DNA from: a virus
Lineage: Duplodnaviria; Caudoviricetes
Length of the DNA: 59,371 nucleotides
Strand: one strand, 5' to 3'
Virus record (IMG/VR): IMGVR_UViG_3300032234_000591
Coordinates: 1-59,371 of that record
Below, piece after piece: positions 58,265-59,371 of the stretch; within the stretch, counting starts at the first letter, position 1, and each line of letters starts with the position of its first letter. Position numbers and translations under genes: made by a program. The notes under the pieces are model-generated. The model had not been told where the DNA came from. It did not search any database and saw only the letters and a list, made by a program, of their open reading frames with translations.

Positions 58265-58975
58265 ATGAATCGTCAAGCATTAGACAAAGGATATGTCCGC
58301 CTAGTAAATTCCTGGGGTACTGAATTAGATATATCCAACTCAGCAAGAGTATCTTACGATAAAGAATCTAAGCTAAGAGAAGATGGCTCCCTTGCTCTTA
58401 GGGATCAAAGCCTTATTCAATTTTTGGTTAGAGATAAACATGACTCTACTTTAAGACACTGTGGTTTTACATTTGAGGTGTACGCTCCTCTTATGGTTGC
58501 CCGTCAATGGTATAAGCATGCTGTAGCTTCTACTCACGTTGAAGATCAATTAGGCTGGAATGAGTCATCCCGTCGCTATGTTACTGAAAATGAAGAGTTT
58601 TATATTCCTTCAGGATCATCATGGAGATCTAAACCAGAAAACTCAAAACAAGGATCTGGTGAACCTATTACTAGTGGGTGGGGAACTTATTTTTCAATGG
58701 CACTGGCAAAATATGTTGAAGAAGGAGAAGCTTTGTATAAAAGAGCTATGGAAGAAGGAATAGCTCCAGAGCAAGCTCGCTTATTCTTACCAGCATATGG
58801 AATGTATGTTAGATGGAGATGGACTGCTTCTCTAAATTCCGTTTTGCATTTCTTGACATTACGACAAGGACATGGTGCACAGAGTGAGATAGTAGAATAT
58901 GCAAATATTATTGGGGAATTAGTAAAAGAAAAATTCCCAGTAACTACAAAAGCCTGGGAAGAATTTCGCTTATAA
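58265..58975 (+). CDS. thyX: flavin-dependent thymidylate synthase
   Basis: NSARVSY, H.STLRH..FTFEVYAPLMVARQWYKH, WNESSRRY, APEQARLFLP, FLTLR...AQSEI. Confidence 0.93.
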   Translation: MNRQALDKGYVRLVNSWGTELDISNSARVSYDKESKLREDGSLALRDQSLIQFLVRDKHDSTLRHCGFTFEVYAPLMVARQWYKHAVASTHVEDQLGWNESSRRYVTENEEFYIPSGSSWRSKPENSKQGSGEPITSGWGTYFSMALAKYVEEGEALYKRAMEEGIAPEQARLFLPAYGMYVRWRWTASLNSVLHFLTLRQGHGAQSEIVEYANIIGELVKEKFPVTTKAWEEFRL

Positions 58976-59188
58976 CTACTTGTTATGATCTTTAAGATGC
59001 TCTATAAGAAGATCAAATACCTTGTCAGTTTTTTCCTCAAGACGAGTAACTGAATCTTTTAGCGATGATCCTGAATTAGGCTTAAGCTCGCTTAGATAAT
59101 GTTTTACAAGCCATTTAATTCCAAAAGCAATTGAAGATACAATTGTAAGTATTGCTACGATTAATGAAGCCCAGTCTTGTACAGTCAT
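58976..59188 (-). CDS. small membrane protein (holin-like, 1 TM + coiled coil)
   Basis: Hydrophobic WASLIVAILTIVSSIAFGIKWLV followed by ELKPNSGSSLKDSVTRLE. Confidence 0.6.
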   Translation of the reverse strand: MTVQDWASLIVAILTIVSSIAFGIKWLVKHYLSELKPNSGSSLKDSVTRLEEKTDKVFDLLIEHLKDHNK

Positions 59189-59214
59189 AAGACTTATTAT
59201 ATCATTATTTAAGA

Positions 59215-59371
59215 CTACTCAGCAGTTATGTAAGTACCGTTGATATAAACATGGGTTGCAGTTGTTAATGTTACTGGGCTACCCTGCTTAAAAATTGCTT
59301 CCATAACTGGAGAGTTTGCTCCACCAGATTGTTTAATGTAATGCAAGTCAAGTACTGATGTATTTGCTAAA
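59215..59371 (-). CDS. 3' end of a fibre-like gene (starts beyond the window)
   Basis: Open frame ...LANTSVLDLHYIKQSGGANSPVMEAIFKQGSPVTLTTATHVYINGTYITAE*. Confidence 0.6.
   Translation of the reverse strand, partial: LANTSVLDLHYIKQSGGANSPVMEAIFKQGSPVTLTTATHVYINGTYITAE

Noticed and set aside
755-58763. Numerous short + strand and alternate-frame ORFs in the track (e.g. 755..1090, 1349..1828, 24095..24568, 25307..25720)
   Set aside because: They overlap well-supported genes, lack RBS or promoter signals and have shadow-like composition.
1-59371. tRNA/rRNA genes, integrase, transposase or stop-codon reassignment
   Set aside because: No cloverleaf or recombinase motifs were recognised, and genes are full length under the standard code with high coding density.

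Overview
AT-rich 59 kb segment of a tailed dsDNA phage (siphovirus-like, with a long tape measure and no sheath gene). The host is probably an actinobacterium, inferred from the DnaE/RecA/Cas4/NrdJ/ThyX gene set and leaderless extended -10 promoters. Nearly all genes lie on the minus strand. From left to right the window holds: a replication/recombination module (Cas4-like nuclease, resolvase, RecA, MazG-like, DnaE, SSB, primase, DnaB); tail tip and fibre genes; a 2201-aa tape measure; tail, neck and head genes (HK97-type capsid, protease-scaffold, portal); class II RNR; an 8.5 kb enzyme island; a block of repeat-rich fibre genes; a secreted lytic transglycosylase; and ThyX. The best candidate for an undescribed system is 39383-49453. 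There, an FN3-like virion-type protein ending in a 67-aa (P)PFF repeat and a Cys-rich tip is followed by two small partner genes, eight prolyl-4-hydroxylase-like 2OG-Fe(II) oxygenases, three DUF6065-like proteins and an SDR, which looks like a protein-tailoring cluster sitting next to its substrate. Other notable items are a second copy of the Cys-rich-tip plus two-partner module, cargo domains (including a zincin motif) inside the tape measure, tail chaperones G/GT made by gene duplication instead of frameshifting, a nested scaffold start, a candidate ~60-nt sRNA and about 20 copies of a TGnTAwAmT promoter. All product calls come from motif recognition by eye; no searches were run.
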